This document shows positions 30,353 through 40,237 of a DNA stretch of 64,000 nt, in pieces (position 1 is the first letter of the stretch; each line of letters starts with the position of its first letter). This stretch comes from Chitinophagaceae bacterium UBA1930 (GTDB taxonomy: Bacteria > Bacteroidota > Bacteroidia > Chitinophagales > Chitinophagaceae): assembly GCA_002337145.1 (NCBI GenBank), contig DDFK01000003.1, positions 1-64,000 on the forward strand. The letters are read 5' to 3'. Position numbers and translations under genes: made by a program. The notes beneath the pieces were generated by a model. It was not told the DNA's origin. It was given only the letters and a program-made list of their open reading frames with translations, and made no database searches.

Positions 30353-30496
30353 AATAAGTGCTGATGAACGTTCCGAACGTTGATGGGTGCGACGCAACAG
30401 GCGATGCCATGAAACACTGCAGCCCGTTACATAAAAACAACAACAAGAACAAAGCATCATTGCTACTCATAGCAATGATGCATCAACCAAACAACA

Positions 30497-31933
30497 ATGA
30501 GCAAATTAAAAATAACAGCCAAAGAGCTGCGGACAATCGGTTACCCCGAAAGCCCGGTAATTCCTGTTGCCATGAATGCAATGGAAAAACATTATAAACA
30601 CAACACAAAGGAGGAAGTAATGGGGATTTTAAAAGCGGTGCTGGCATCTCCTATTGAATACAAGAATGATGCAGTACTTGGAATGATAGCAGAAAAGCTA
30701 TTGCCCAAAGAAGATGTAGGTGAACCGGAAATTTCATTGAACAATACAGGCGTTCACTTCAACACTTTTGGTGCGGAACATATTGAGCAGGGTGCATTCC
30801 ATCAAATGTACAGTGCGGTTAAACTGCCCATTGCTGTTGCAGGTGCATTGATGCCCGATGCACACCACGGTTATGGACTGCCAATTGGCGGCGTGTTGGC
30901 AACAGACAATGCAGTGATACCCTATGGCGTTGGTGTGGATATTGGTTGCCGCATGTGCTTGAGCATTTTTGATATTGATGCCAAAGAGCTGACAAACAGG
31001 GAGCAATATTTTGCAAGGGAGATAAACGAAGCAACCTTATTTGGTAGCGGTGCCATGTTTAAACAGGCAGATGACCATGAAGTGATGGAGAACGAAGCAT
31101 TCTTTAGTACACCCTTGCTGAAAGGCTTGCATGGCAGGGCCTGGAAGCAGTTGGGCACTTCTGGAAGCGGTAACCACTTTGTGGAATTTGGTGCCGTGAC
31201 CATTACGGAGAAAGACGAAATACTGGGCGTTGAACCTGGTAACTATATAGGTTTGCTGAGCCACTCTGGCAGCAGGTCTTTGGGTGCAAGGATTGCAGAG
31301 CATTACACCAAAATTGCTATCAGCAAAAGGCGTTTGCCACAAGATGCAAAGAACCTTGCATGGTTGAACATGAACGAAGAAGCAGGCATGGAATATTGGA
31401 TTGCCATGAATTTGGCAGGCGATTATGCGAGTGCATGCCACCATATCATTCATGCAAAGATTGCAAAACAGTTGGGCCGCAAACCAATGAAAGTGGTAGA
31501 GAACCACCACAACTTTGCATGGAAGGAAATGCTGGATGGCAAGGAAGTAATTGTGCACCGTAAAGGGGCCACGCCTGCCGGTAAAAATGTGTTGGGCATC
31601 ATTCCCGGTAGCATGACCGCTGATGGCTTTATTGTGAAAGGCAAAGGTGAAGTAGCGTCTATTAATTCTGCAAGCCACGGTGCGGGTAGAAAGATGAGCC
31701 GTACACAGGCCTTGGCCAACATAACACACAATGCATTGAAAGATGAATTGGCAAAGTTTGGCGTTAAGTTGTTGGGTGGTGGTTTGGACGAAGCCCCGTT
31801 TGCTTATAAAGACATTAACGAAGTAATGCAATCGCAAACTGCATTGGTGGATGTGGTGGGCAAGTTCACACCAAAGATTGTGAAGATGGATGGCACGCAA
31901 CCGAAACAATGGAAGAAAGGGAAGCCTGAATAA
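30497..31933 (+). CDS. rtcB: RNA-splicing ligase RtcB (3'-phosphate/5'-hydroxyl RNA ligase)
   Basis: Metal-binding and GMP-histidine motifs are present: MPDAHHGYGLPIGGV, GVDIGCRM, GSGNHF, LSHSGSR, VENHHNFAW, IIPGSM and SASHGAGRKMSR. Alignable to E. coli-type RtcB from memory. Carries an N-terminal extension of ~60 aa; start uncertain. Confidence 0.9.
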   Translation: MSKLKITAKELRTIGYPESPVIPVAMNAMEKHYKHNTKEEVMGILKAVLASPIEYKNDAVLGMIAEKLLPKEDVGEPEISLNNTGVHFNTFGAEHIEQGAFHQMYSAVKLPIAVAGALMPDAHHGYGLPIGGVLATDNAVIPYGVGVDIGCRMCLSIFDIDAKELTNREQYFAREINEATLFGSGAMFKQADDHEVMENEAFFSTPLLKGLHGRAWKQLGTSGSGNHFVEFGAVTITEKDEILGVEPGNYIGLLSHSGSRSLGARIAEHYTKIAISKRRLPQDAKNLAWLNMNEEAGMEYWIAMNLAGDYASACHHIIHAKIAKQLGRKPMKVVENHHNFAWKEMLDGKEVIVHRKGATPAGKNVLGIIPGSMTADGFIVKGKGEVASINSASHGAGRKMSRTQALANITHNALKDELAKFGVKLLGGGLDEAPFAYKDINEVMQSQTALVDVVGKFTPKIVKMDGTQPKQWKKGKPE

Positions 31934-31957
31934 TTTTAAATAGCAAGCTTTGAACAG

Positions 31958-31992
31958 GCCCCTGTTGCTATATAGCAGCAGGGGTTTTTGTT
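31958..31992 (+). terminator. Rho-independent terminator after rtcB
   Basis: gcccctgttgc-tatata-gcagcagggg followed by ttttt. Confidence 0.55.
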
Positions 31993-32067
31993 TCAAAATA
32001 CCCAATTACTGGTATGCACAAAACCAATGAGAAAATTTACTTTGTAGGTTCTTAGTAAAGCATCGAT

Positions 32068-35000
32068 ATGAAAAAAATACTACTGCTTGTATTCTTTGCA
32101 ATGGCAGGCTTAGCTGCATACACACAATCATTCTTGGACCTGAACAACCAGTTTATGGAACTGTACCAAAAGGGGCAGTACAAAGAAGCACTGGGCATTG
32201 GTTCAAAAGCAATGATACAGGCAAAAAAGGAATATGGCGAACAGCACATCAACTATGCCATTGCAGTGCACAACCTTGCCGAATGCCATTATGCATTGCA
32301 GGCATGGAAGCAGGCACTGCCCCTATACCATCAGGCCGTAAAGGTTTATACCATTGCACAAAAAACAACAGCTACAACCGAGGTTGCCTTATGCAACAAC
32401 AATATTGGCAACATTTACCTTGTACAAAAAAAATACGATTCATCTGCCATCTTTTTCGAGCAGTCATTTGAATTTTTTATTACCAACATAGATGAGCAAT
32501 ACAACAATGCCATAGGTGTAATGAACAACCTCACTTCATTATACATTCCCTTAAAAATGTACACCGCCGCCGTAAACGTGTACAACAAGATACTACCAAC
32601 AATAGAAACTAAAGAAGGCATAACAAGCGAAAACTACAATGCTACCAATACCAATCTCATATCATCCTTACATGGACTTTCAGCATACAAAAAAGCAGTG
32701 GCCTGTTTAGGTATGAAACGTGCAGGTCTTGTCAAGACCAAAGGGACAGCATCTGCTGAACTGGCCCTCTGCGACAACGAGATTGGCAACGACTACCTGA
32801 TACTGGAGCAATATGATTCTGCCAGCGTTTACTTTGAGCAATCCTTTAGCTACTTTATTGCACATGCCAATGAACAATATGAAAATGCCATTGTATTATC
32901 CAACAACCTCTATGCCCTGTACACTACAACCGACAAGAACAAAGAGATATGCTCGGTATTTGAAAAGATAGTACCCGTTATCATTGCCAAAGAAGGCAAG
33001 GGCAACCAAAATTATATAACGGCAATAACCAATTGGGGCACTTCCTTATACCTACTAAACCAATATGCTACGGCCGAAAAATACATGCGTGAAATTGTAG
33101 CATATTACGAAAGCAATAAGAAGGACAATTCAACGGCCTATGCCGATGTATTATGCATACTCGCAAAGTCTTTAAGGAAACAGGAGAAGCTAGACGAGGC
33201 ATTCCTATGTTATAACAAGGCAAACAAAGTGTACAATACCGTCTATAAAACAGAGAACAACGATAATACCGCTATCAACTTAAACAATATGGGCGACATC
33301 CTGCTAAGCCAGGACAAGTTCGATTCTTCTGCCACTTGTTTCGAAAAAGCATTTACTTATTTCCTCCGCAAGCCCAACGAAAAATACGAGACACTTGTAT
33401 TGATCATGCACAACCTATCGGATCTATACATACCCATTGGCAAATACAAAGAAGCAAAAACAGTTTTTGAAAAAATGCTGCCTGTTATTGAACGTGTGGA
33501 AGGCAAGGAGTTTAAAGAAAATTATACATATGCCATTTTCAATCTAGGTTCGGCATTGTACTATTTGCAGGACTATGCATTAAGTGAAACCTATGCACGC
33601 AAAGGCCTTGCAGGTATTGAAAAAATAAAGGGCAAAAACAATACGGACTATACCGATTTTTTGGACATGCTTGCCAATAACCTAAACGAGCAAAGCAAGT
33701 TTGAAGAAACAGAACAGGTATTGACACAATCCTTGCAGATAAAAAAATCCCTGCCCAAACAAGACAGCCTTAACCTGGCAATAAGCTATGGCGGTTTTGG
33801 CAACCTGTATTCCTCATCGGGCAACTATAAAAAATCGTTTGAATATTTTGATACGGCCATTAATTTACTAACCGCTTCGGGGCATGAAGACGATGCAGAC
33901 TATGTGGTATTACTACGCAATTTTGGCTATGCCTATATTGAAGGGGGGCGTTTGTTGGAAGCAAAAAAAACATTGTCAAAAGCACTGGCCATACAGGAAA
34001 AGCTATATGGGAAAAATTACCCCGTTAATGGTGAGTTACTCATTTCCATAAGCAATGCCGAAGTACAACTGAACGAACTGACGGATGCCGAAGAGCATGT
34101 GCAGCAAGGGCTGGATGTAGTGCTGGCAGCCTATGGCGAAAATTATTATACAGCGGCAAAGGCAAAAGAAGTAATGGCAATGATTAACCAAAAAAGGGGC
34201 AACAACACCCGGGCCATTACCTTATACAAAGAAGCATTGGCCATTAACACAAAAATATTTGGCGAAGAAAGCAAGCATACTGCATCGGCCTTTTCCAACC
34301 TCGGTACGGTATATGAAGAGATAGGCAACTTTGCCGAAGCAGAACCCTTTCTTCAAAAATCGGCTGACATAAGAAAAAAGATCTATGGCGACAACCACCC
34401 CGATTATGCCATAAGCCTTAGCAACTTGGCCCTGCTATATATTTATGAAAACAAGTACAAAGAAGCAGACGACATACTGATTAAAGCACTTAACATCTAT
34501 ACAAAAAGCGGACTGGAAGAAACCAACAACTTCATGTCCATCATTAACAATATTGCTTTTATGGCCGCAAGGCAGGGCCTGTTGGATCAAGCGAAAAAAA
34601 TATACTTACAATTACTTACCATACTTGAATCAAAGGGAGACAGAAGAAGCTCTGCCTACTATTTGGTATTGAACAATATTGCAGCCAATTGCATTAGCCA
34701 AGAAAACTATGACGATGCCATTACCTACGGCTTAAAAGCTGTAGCATACGCAAAAAAATACCAAGGCATTAAAACATTGGAGTACATTAAATCTACCAAC
34801 AACTGCCTGGTAGCCTATAAAGGAAAAGGCGATTACGAAAAAGCATACCAATTGGCAAAAGAGTTGCTTCCGCTTTGCAAAGAAGTAATGGGCAATGAGG
34901 CTGCCCTTACCGGAACAGTCTACTCCAATATTGCATTGCTCGAAAATCAGCGGAACAATCCCGAACAGGCATTTGATTATTTGAACAAAAGCCTGCAGAT

Positions 35001-36660
35001 TTCTATGGATGCATTCAGGAAGAATTTTTATACGCTAAGCGAAAAAGAAAAACTCAATTGGTGGGATGGCGAATCTGCATCCTTTGCCTTTTTTCCTTCG
35101 TTACTGATAGAACATCCAGCATTGGCAGCAACAGCAACCGGCTACCTCACCAATATACAGATGCAACTGAAGAATTTTATCCTAAACGATGCATCGGCCA
35201 CTTTACGCAAAGCCAGAACCAGCAATAATGCAGCATTAAACAAGATATTGGACAAATGGCAACTCAATAGGTCCATCATTAGCAAACAGCTGTCCATGCC
35301 TGTTACAGAACGCATCTATAAAACAGACAGCATTGAAGCAGTAGCCAATGAATTGGAAAAAAGCATTAACCAACAGGCTGCCGGTCTCATTAAAATAAAC
35401 CAGCAAAACGATATTACCTGGCAGGCCGTTCAGTCATCCTTAAAAGAAGGCGAAGCCGCAGTGGAGTTCATCAGCTTTCCATTTTACCGCCAATCAAAAT
35501 TTACCGATACCATTCAATATGCAGCCATTGTTATACGCAAAAATGAAGCACCCAAATTTGTGCCGCTTGCCACAGAAAAGCAGGTCAATTGGTGCCTTAC
35601 AGGTGGCAAGGTAAACAGCAAGGAAACACGCATCAATAGTTTGTACAGAAGCTCTATAAAAAGTGGCAGCAACGAAACCTTTGCTGGCGACAGTTTATAC
35701 AACATCATCTGGAAGCCACTTATACCCTACCTGCAAAACATCAGTACGGTTTCCTACTCGCCAGATGACTTATTGCATAAGGTAGCATTTCATGCACTGC
35801 CAATGGGCAAAGACAAATTGTTGCTGGATGCATACCGCTTGCAGCAATACACCAGCATAAGACAGCTTACCGAAAAAGCAAACGAAACAACCAAATGGAA
35901 TGCTGCCTACCTAATGGGCAATGCCGATTTTAATACCCTGCCAGTAAAAGCATCGGCTGAAACGATTGCCACAGGCAGCTTTACCAGCAACCACAACAAC
36001 GAAGCGTGGGTGCCCCTACCGGGTACCGAAAAAGAAATCAATACGCTGCAACCGTTACTGGTTTCAAAAGGTGCAACTGTTACAGCTACAAGTGGTATCA
36101 ATGCTACCGAAGAAAAATTCAAGTTGCTCAACAACCATTCGCCAGCGTTGATACACTTGGCCACGCATGGCTTTTTTCTACCCAACCTTCAACTAAAGAA
36201 AAGCTTGGGTACTGTTGACAATGCTGCCAATAACTATGCCTTGTCCGACGATCCATTAATGCGTAGCGGTGTTATCATGGCGGGTGCAAACAAAGCATGG
36301 AGCGGGCAAAAGATACCATCCAATACAGAAGACGGTATTGTTACTGCTTATGAAATTGCCCAATTGAATTTGACTGGTACAAAACTGATTGTATTGAGTG
36401 CCTGCGAAACGGCACTGGGCGATTTGCAGGGAACTGAAGGCGTGTTTGGCTTGCAGCGAGCCTTTAAAATTGCCGGTGTAAAAAATTTGATCGTAAGTCT
36501 TTGGCAAGTGCCCGACAAGGAAACAGCAGAACTGATGGGTATTTTTTACAGTAACCTGTTAAGTGGATTGCCTGTTAGGGATGCTTTCTATAAAGCACAA
36601 AAAGAAATGCGGGGCAAGTATCCACCTTATTCATGGGCAGCCTTTGTGTTGATTGAATAA
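32068..36660 (+). CDS. Giant secreted TPR-repeat protein with a C-terminal CHAT (caspase-like) protease domain
   Basis: Signal peptide MKKILLLVFFAMAGLAAYTQ. About 1100 aa of TPR-like repeats (recurring YNNLG.LY, A..Y.KAL motifs). The C-terminal CHAT domain has the catalytic dyad context: HLATHGFF (His) and LIVLSACETALGD (Cys). Confidence 0.8.
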   Translation: MKKILLLVFFAMAGLAAYTQSFLDLNNQFMELYQKGQYKEALGIGSKAMIQAKKEYGEQHINYAIAVHNLAECHYALQAWKQALPLYHQAVKVYTIAQKTTATTEVALCNNNIGNIYLVQKKYDSSAIFFEQSFEFFITNIDEQYNNAIGVMNNLTSLYIPLKMYTAAVNVYNKILPTIETKEGITSENYNATNTNLISSLHGLSAYKKAVACLGMKRAGLVKTKGTASAELALCDNEIGNDYLILEQYDSASVYFEQSFSYFIAHANEQYENAIVLSNNLYALYTTTDKNKEICSVFEKIVPVIIAKEGKGNQNYITAITNWGTSLYLLNQYATAEKYMREIVAYYESNKKDNSTAYADVLCILAKSLRKQEKLDEAFLCYNKANKVYNTVYKTENNDNTAINLNNMGDILLSQDKFDSSATCFEKAFTYFLRKPNEKYETLVLIMHNLSDLYIPIGKYKEAKTVFEKMLPVIERVEGKEFKENYTYAIFNLGSALYYLQDYALSETYARKGLAGIEKIKGKNNTDYTDFLDMLANNLNEQSKFEETEQVLTQSLQIKKSLPKQDSLNLAISYGGFGNLYSSSGNYKKSFEYFDTAINLLTASGHEDDADYVVLLRNFGYAYIEGGRLLEAKKTLSKALAIQEKLYGKNYPVNGELLISISNAEVQLNELTDAEEHVQQGLDVVLAAYGENYYTAAKAKEVMAMINQKRGNNTRAITLYKEALAINTKIFGEESKHTASAFSNLGTVYEEIGNFAEAEPFLQKSADIRKKIYGDNHPDYAISLSNLALLYIYENKYKEADDILIKALNIYTKSGLEETNNFMSIINNIAFMAARQGLLDQAKKIYLQLLTILESKGDRRSSAYYLVLNNIAANCISQENYDDAITYGLKAVAYAKKYQGIKTLEYIKSTNNCLVAYKGKGDYEKAYQLAKELLPLCKEVMGNEAALTGTVYSNIALLENQRNNPEQAFDYLNKSLQISMDAFRKNFYTLSEKEKLNWWDGESASFAFFPSLLIEHPALAATATGYLTNIQMQLKNFILNDASATLRKARTSNNAALNKILDKWQLNRSIISKQLSMPVTERIYKTDSIEAVANELEKSINQQAAGLIKINQQNDITWQAVQSSLKEGEAAVEFISFPFYRQSKFTDTIQYAAIVIRKNEAPKFVPLATEKQVNWCLTGGKVNSKETRINSLYRSSIKSGSNETFAGDSLYNIIWKPLIPYLQNISTVSYSPDDLLHKVAFHALPMGKDKLLLDAYRLQQYTSIRQLTEKANETTKWNAAYLMGNADFNTLPVKASAETIATGSFTSNHNNEAWVPLPGTEKEINTLQPLLVSKGATVTATSGINATEEKFKLLNNHSPALIHLATHGFFLPNLQLKKSLGTVDNAANNYALSDDPLMRSGVIMAGANKAWSGQKIPSNTEDGIVTAYEIAQLNLTGTKLIVLSACETALGDLQGTEGVFGLQRAFKIAGVKNLIVSLWQVPDKETAELMGIFYSNLLSGLPVRDAFYKAQKEMRGKYPPYSWAAFVLIE

Positions 36661-37118
36661 GACGGCCTGAACCATTGCACATACACCCACCAGCCAATGG
36701 CACCACCTAAAGTATTTTGCATCAGGTCGTCCACATCGCAATAACCAACACCAACTATAAACTGTGTTGCCTCAAAGGCAAGGCTTATCAGGAATACGCA
36801 AAGGATTACTTTCCACCCCTTATCCAGTTTGGCAAACAGTGTGGGGAGCAATACACCCATGGGTACGAAACCTACAATATTGCCGCCAATATTCTTGATG
36901 ATGTCCCATAAAGTACTTTTGCCCAAAAGCAATGTGCTTGTTGTTGTAAAAGGAATCAGGTCCAAATTCCTTTCACCTGCTTTTATATTGTCTGGTCCAA
37001 AATGTTGAATGGCCGACAGAAAACGGTACGGCTCTTTAAGCAGTATCAGCATTACCAACACCATCATATAAACGATAAATGCTGGCCATGCCATTTTTTT
37101 GAATGTCCTCATCAACAT
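36627..37118 (-). CDS. VanZ-family membrane protein
   Basis: Four transmembrane segments. Contains GNIVGFVPMGVLLP and the FEATQFIVGVGYCDVDDLMQNTLGGAIGW region typical of VanZ-like proteins. Start uncertain. Convergent with the CHAT gene. Confidence 0.6.
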   Translation of the reverse strand: MLMRTFKKMAWPAFIVYMMVLVMLILLKEPYRFLSAIQHFGPDNIKAGERNLDLIPFTTTSTLLLGKSTLWDIIKNIGGNIVGFVPMGVLLPTLFAKLDKGWKVILCVFLISLAFEATQFIVGVGYCDVDDLMQNTLGGAIGWWVYVQWFRPSYSINTKAAHE

Positions 37119-37223
37119 GGTTCCAAAATTATAAAGTGGCCAGTATTATTTACCGCATTTTTATGTGTACAGTTTTTGATAACTGTTTACACCCTTTTGT
37201 AACCGCACTTTTATCTTCGCAGC

Positions 37224-38273
37224 ATGTATAAGCTTATCAGAGAAATTTTATTCTGCTTTCCGCCCGAAGATGTACATTATTTTTCCATGAACAGCCTGCA
37301 TACAATATGCAATATCAATTGGGTCAAAAAAGCCATCAGCAACCAATTTGCTTATCAGCATCCCGCTTTACAAAAAGAATGCTTTGGCCTGCAATTCAAG
37401 AATCCTGTTGGGCTTGGTGCAGGTTTCGATAAAAATGCCCTGTACCTAAAAGAATTGGAAACACTGGGTTTCGGATTTGTGGAAATTGGCACTGTAACAC
37501 CCAAGCCACAGGCGGGCAATGAGCAACCAAGGCTTTTCAGACTGCCCAAAGACAAGGCATTGATTAATAGGATGGGCTTTAATAACAATGGCGTGCAGGC
37601 AGTTAAACAACGTCTTGAACAATGGCAGCAATATAAAGCAACAGGAAATGGCCAATTGATAGTGGGTGGCAATATTGGCAAGAACAAAATAACAGCCAAC
37701 GAAGATGCCTGGAAGGATTACGAGATATGCTTCACAGAACTGTTTGACTATGCCGATTATTTTGTGGTGAATGTAAGCAGCCCCAATACACCGGGCCTGC
37801 GTGAGCTGCAAGAAAAAGATGCATTGCATAAAATTTTATCGCATTTACAAAACATCAACCAAGGCAAAAAAACACCCAAACCTTTGTTGCTGAAAATTGC
37901 ACCCGATTTAACGCAGGAACAGTTGGATGATATTGTTGCCCTTTCTTTTGAAACACAGCTTGCTGGCCTGGTGGCAACCAATACAACCATTAGCCGTTCG
38001 TCTTTGATCACAAAGAATGAAACACTAACCAAGATTGGTGCAGGCGGCCTAAGCGGCAAACCCGTAACTGCAAGAAGTACAGCAGTCGTGCAATACCTGC
38101 ATGCACAAACACAGGGCAAAGTGCCTATTATAGCCAGTGGCGGCATTTTTACAGGCAACGATGCCGTGGAGAAAATAAATGCAGGTGCGTCGCTGGTGCA
38201 AGTGTGGACAGGCTTTATTTATGAAGGCCCATCTATTGTTAAAAATATTTGTAAGCAACTGGTAATAAAATAG
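37224..38273 (+). CDS. pyrD: Dihydroorotate dehydrogenase (quinone), class 2
   Basis: N-terminal membrane-associated helix. Contains GLGAGFDKN, GFGFVEIGTVTPKPQAGN, PRLFRL, NRMGFNN and VNVSSPNTPGLR motifs. Confidence 0.9.
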   Translation: MYKLIREILFCFPPEDVHYFSMNSLHTICNINWVKKAISNQFAYQHPALQKECFGLQFKNPVGLGAGFDKNALYLKELETLGFGFVEIGTVTPKPQAGNEQPRLFRLPKDKALINRMGFNNNGVQAVKQRLEQWQQYKATGNGQLIVGGNIGKNKITANEDAWKDYEICFTELFDYADYFVVNVSSPNTPGLRELQEKDALHKILSHLQNINQGKKTPKPLLLKIAPDLTQEQLDDIVALSFETQLAGLVATNTTISRSSLITKNETLTKIGAGGLSGKPVTARSTAVVQYLHAQTQGKVPIIASGGIFTGNDAVEKINAGASLVQVWTGFIYEGPSIVKNICKQLVIK

Positions 38274-38295
38274 CATTTCGTTAAACAAACAGAGC

Positions 38296-39087
38296 ATGGA
38301 ATATTTATTTACATCGGAGAGCATTATTAGTTTTTTTGTACTGGTTATACTGGAAATTGTTTTGGGTATAGACAATGTAATTTTTGTAAGCATCATATTG
38401 AACCGTTTGCCTAAAAACAAACAATCCAAGGGCAGGTTTACCTGGATGATTACGGGTATCATTGTTCGTTGCATACTGTTGGCAGGGCTTACTTGGCTGC
38501 TTGCACAAAAAGGCAAAATTGTTTTAAGTGCCTTTGGTAAGGGTTTCGATTTGGCAAGCCTGGTAATGATTGGTGGTGGGCTTTTCCTTATCTATAAAAC
38601 CGTAAAGGAAATTCATGAAAAGCTCGAAGGCGAGCAGGAAAATGCCTATGCAGGCAAAAGCAAACCATTGTCGTTTGGCAATGCCGTTGTACAGATCATG
38701 TTGATTGATATGGTGTTCAGCTTCGACAGTATCATTACCGCAGGTGGCACGGCAAAACATATTGAAATAATGGTGGCTGCTGTTGTTATAGCCATGGTGA
38801 TCATGTTCCTGTTCAGTCCTAAAATAGCTGCGTTCATACACAAGAAACCAACCATTAAAATGCTGGCACTTTCTTTTTTGGTAATGATTGGGCTGACTTT
38901 GCTGATAGAAGGTTGGGACCATGAAGAGGCCGAAAGACTGCACCTTAAAAACTATGTTTATTTTGGGATGGCCTTTTCGTTGGTGGTGGAATTATTGAAC
39001 ATGCGGCTCCGCAAAAAAACAGTTCCTGTGGAGTTAAGGGAACCTGTGTTGCCCGAAGAAAATGAAGGCGGCGATATGGCCAGATAA
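38296..39087 (+). CDS. TerC-family integral membrane protein
   Basis: LEIVLGIDNVIFVSII motif of TerC. Multiple transmembrane segments. 263 aa. Confidence 0.8.
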   Translation: MEYLFTSESIISFFVLVILEIVLGIDNVIFVSIILNRLPKNKQSKGRFTWMITGIIVRCILLAGLTWLLAQKGKIVLSAFGKGFDLASLVMIGGGLFLIYKTVKEIHEKLEGEQENAYAGKSKPLSFGNAVVQIMLIDMVFSFDSIITAGGTAKHIEIMVAAVVIAMVIMFLFSPKIAAFIHKKPTIKMLALSFLVMIGLTLLIEGWDHEEAERLHLKNYVYFGMAFSLVVELLNMRLRKKTVPVELREPVLPEENEGGDMAR

Positions 39088-40134
39088 CTATTTCTTGGTG
39101 GCCAATGTAAAGCCAATTGTAGTGCCCACATCCAACTTGCTGCGTACATGTATGGTCTGCCCATGGGCTTCTATAATGTGTTTGCAAATGGCAAGCCCCA
39201 AGCCGGTGCCGCCCACATCACGGCTACGGCCCCTATCCGTTCTGTAAAAGCGTTCAAATATCCTGGGCAAATGCTCTTCTGCAATGCCTATACCATCATC
39301 AGTAAATTCAATCAACAGGTTCTTCCCATCGGTCTGGTACAGCCCGGCTACAATGATGCCATCTGTTTTGCCATACTTGGTTGCGTTGGATACAATATTG
39401 ATCACCACCTGCCGTATCTTTTCCTTGTCAGCAAATACAGTAACTGGTGTTTCGCAACCCTTTTTAATAGAGGTCTTGATATTGCGTTTGGCAGTCTTAA
39501 TGGAGAGCGATTCGTACACTTCCTTTATCAGGTCCTGGATAACGAAATACTCCTTATACAAAGGCTGCTCACCACTTTCAAGTCTTGATATTTCGTCCAG
39601 GTCTTTCACCAGGTTCACCATCCGTTCCACATTACGGGCTGCGTTCTCCAGAAACTTCTTGCCAATGGTTGGGTTCTCCAAAGCCCCATCCAGCAAAGAA
39701 TCCACATACCCCTGAATGGCAAAAATGGGTGTCTTGAATTCGTGTGCAAGGTTCTGCAAAAACTCTTTGCGATAGGCTTCATTGCTTTTCAGCAACTCGA
39801 TTTCTGCACTCCGCTGAACGGCCCATTTTTCTACATCTTCACTTACTTCATCAATGCTCTTTTTGGGAATAATATATTTATAATATGTCTCCTCCCGCTT
39901 GGTGGCCTTGGTTTGGTAAATGAATTTGTAGATGAGTTTTATTTTACGGTAAATGAACCATTCCAACACAAACCGTATCAGGTAATAGCTACCAATAAAT
40001 GTTACCAGCAATGCAGCCAAACCAATCCACCATTGGTGTTCAATAATATAAAAAGCAATGCCAATGGGCACTGCCAAAATCAATGCAGTTAATGCAGATA
40101 ATTGATTGGGAGAAAGGTTCTTGGTTTTGAACAT
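39088..40134 (-). CDS. Sensor histidine kinase
   Basis: Two N-terminal transmembrane segments. HisKA H-box LAHEFKTPIFAI. HATPase N, G1 and G2 boxes (NATKY, DDGIGI, GGTGLGLAI). Confidence 0.85.
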   Translation of the reverse strand: MFKTKNLSPNQLSALTALILAVPIGIAFYIIEHQWWIGLAALLVTFIGSYYLIRFVLEWFIYRKIKLIYKFIYQTKATKREETYYKYIIPKKSIDEVSEDVEKWAVQRSAEIELLKSNEAYRKEFLQNLAHEFKTPIFAIQGYVDSLLDGALENPTIGKKFLENAARNVERMVNLVKDLDEISRLESGEQPLYKEYFVIQDLIKEVYESLSIKTAKRNIKTSIKKGCETPVTVFADKEKIRQVVINIVSNATKYGKTDGIIVAGLYQTDGKNLLIEFTDDGIGIAEEHLPRIFERFYRTDRGRSRDVGGTGLGLAICKHIIEAHGQTIHVRSKLDVGTTIGFTLATKK

Positions 40135-40237
40135 GGTATAAGACCATAGTCAATGGACAATAGACCACGGTAATTGCAATGTAAGTAAAAATATTTTGTA
40201 CAAGCTATCGGCTACGGTCTACCGTCCTGCCTTATCA

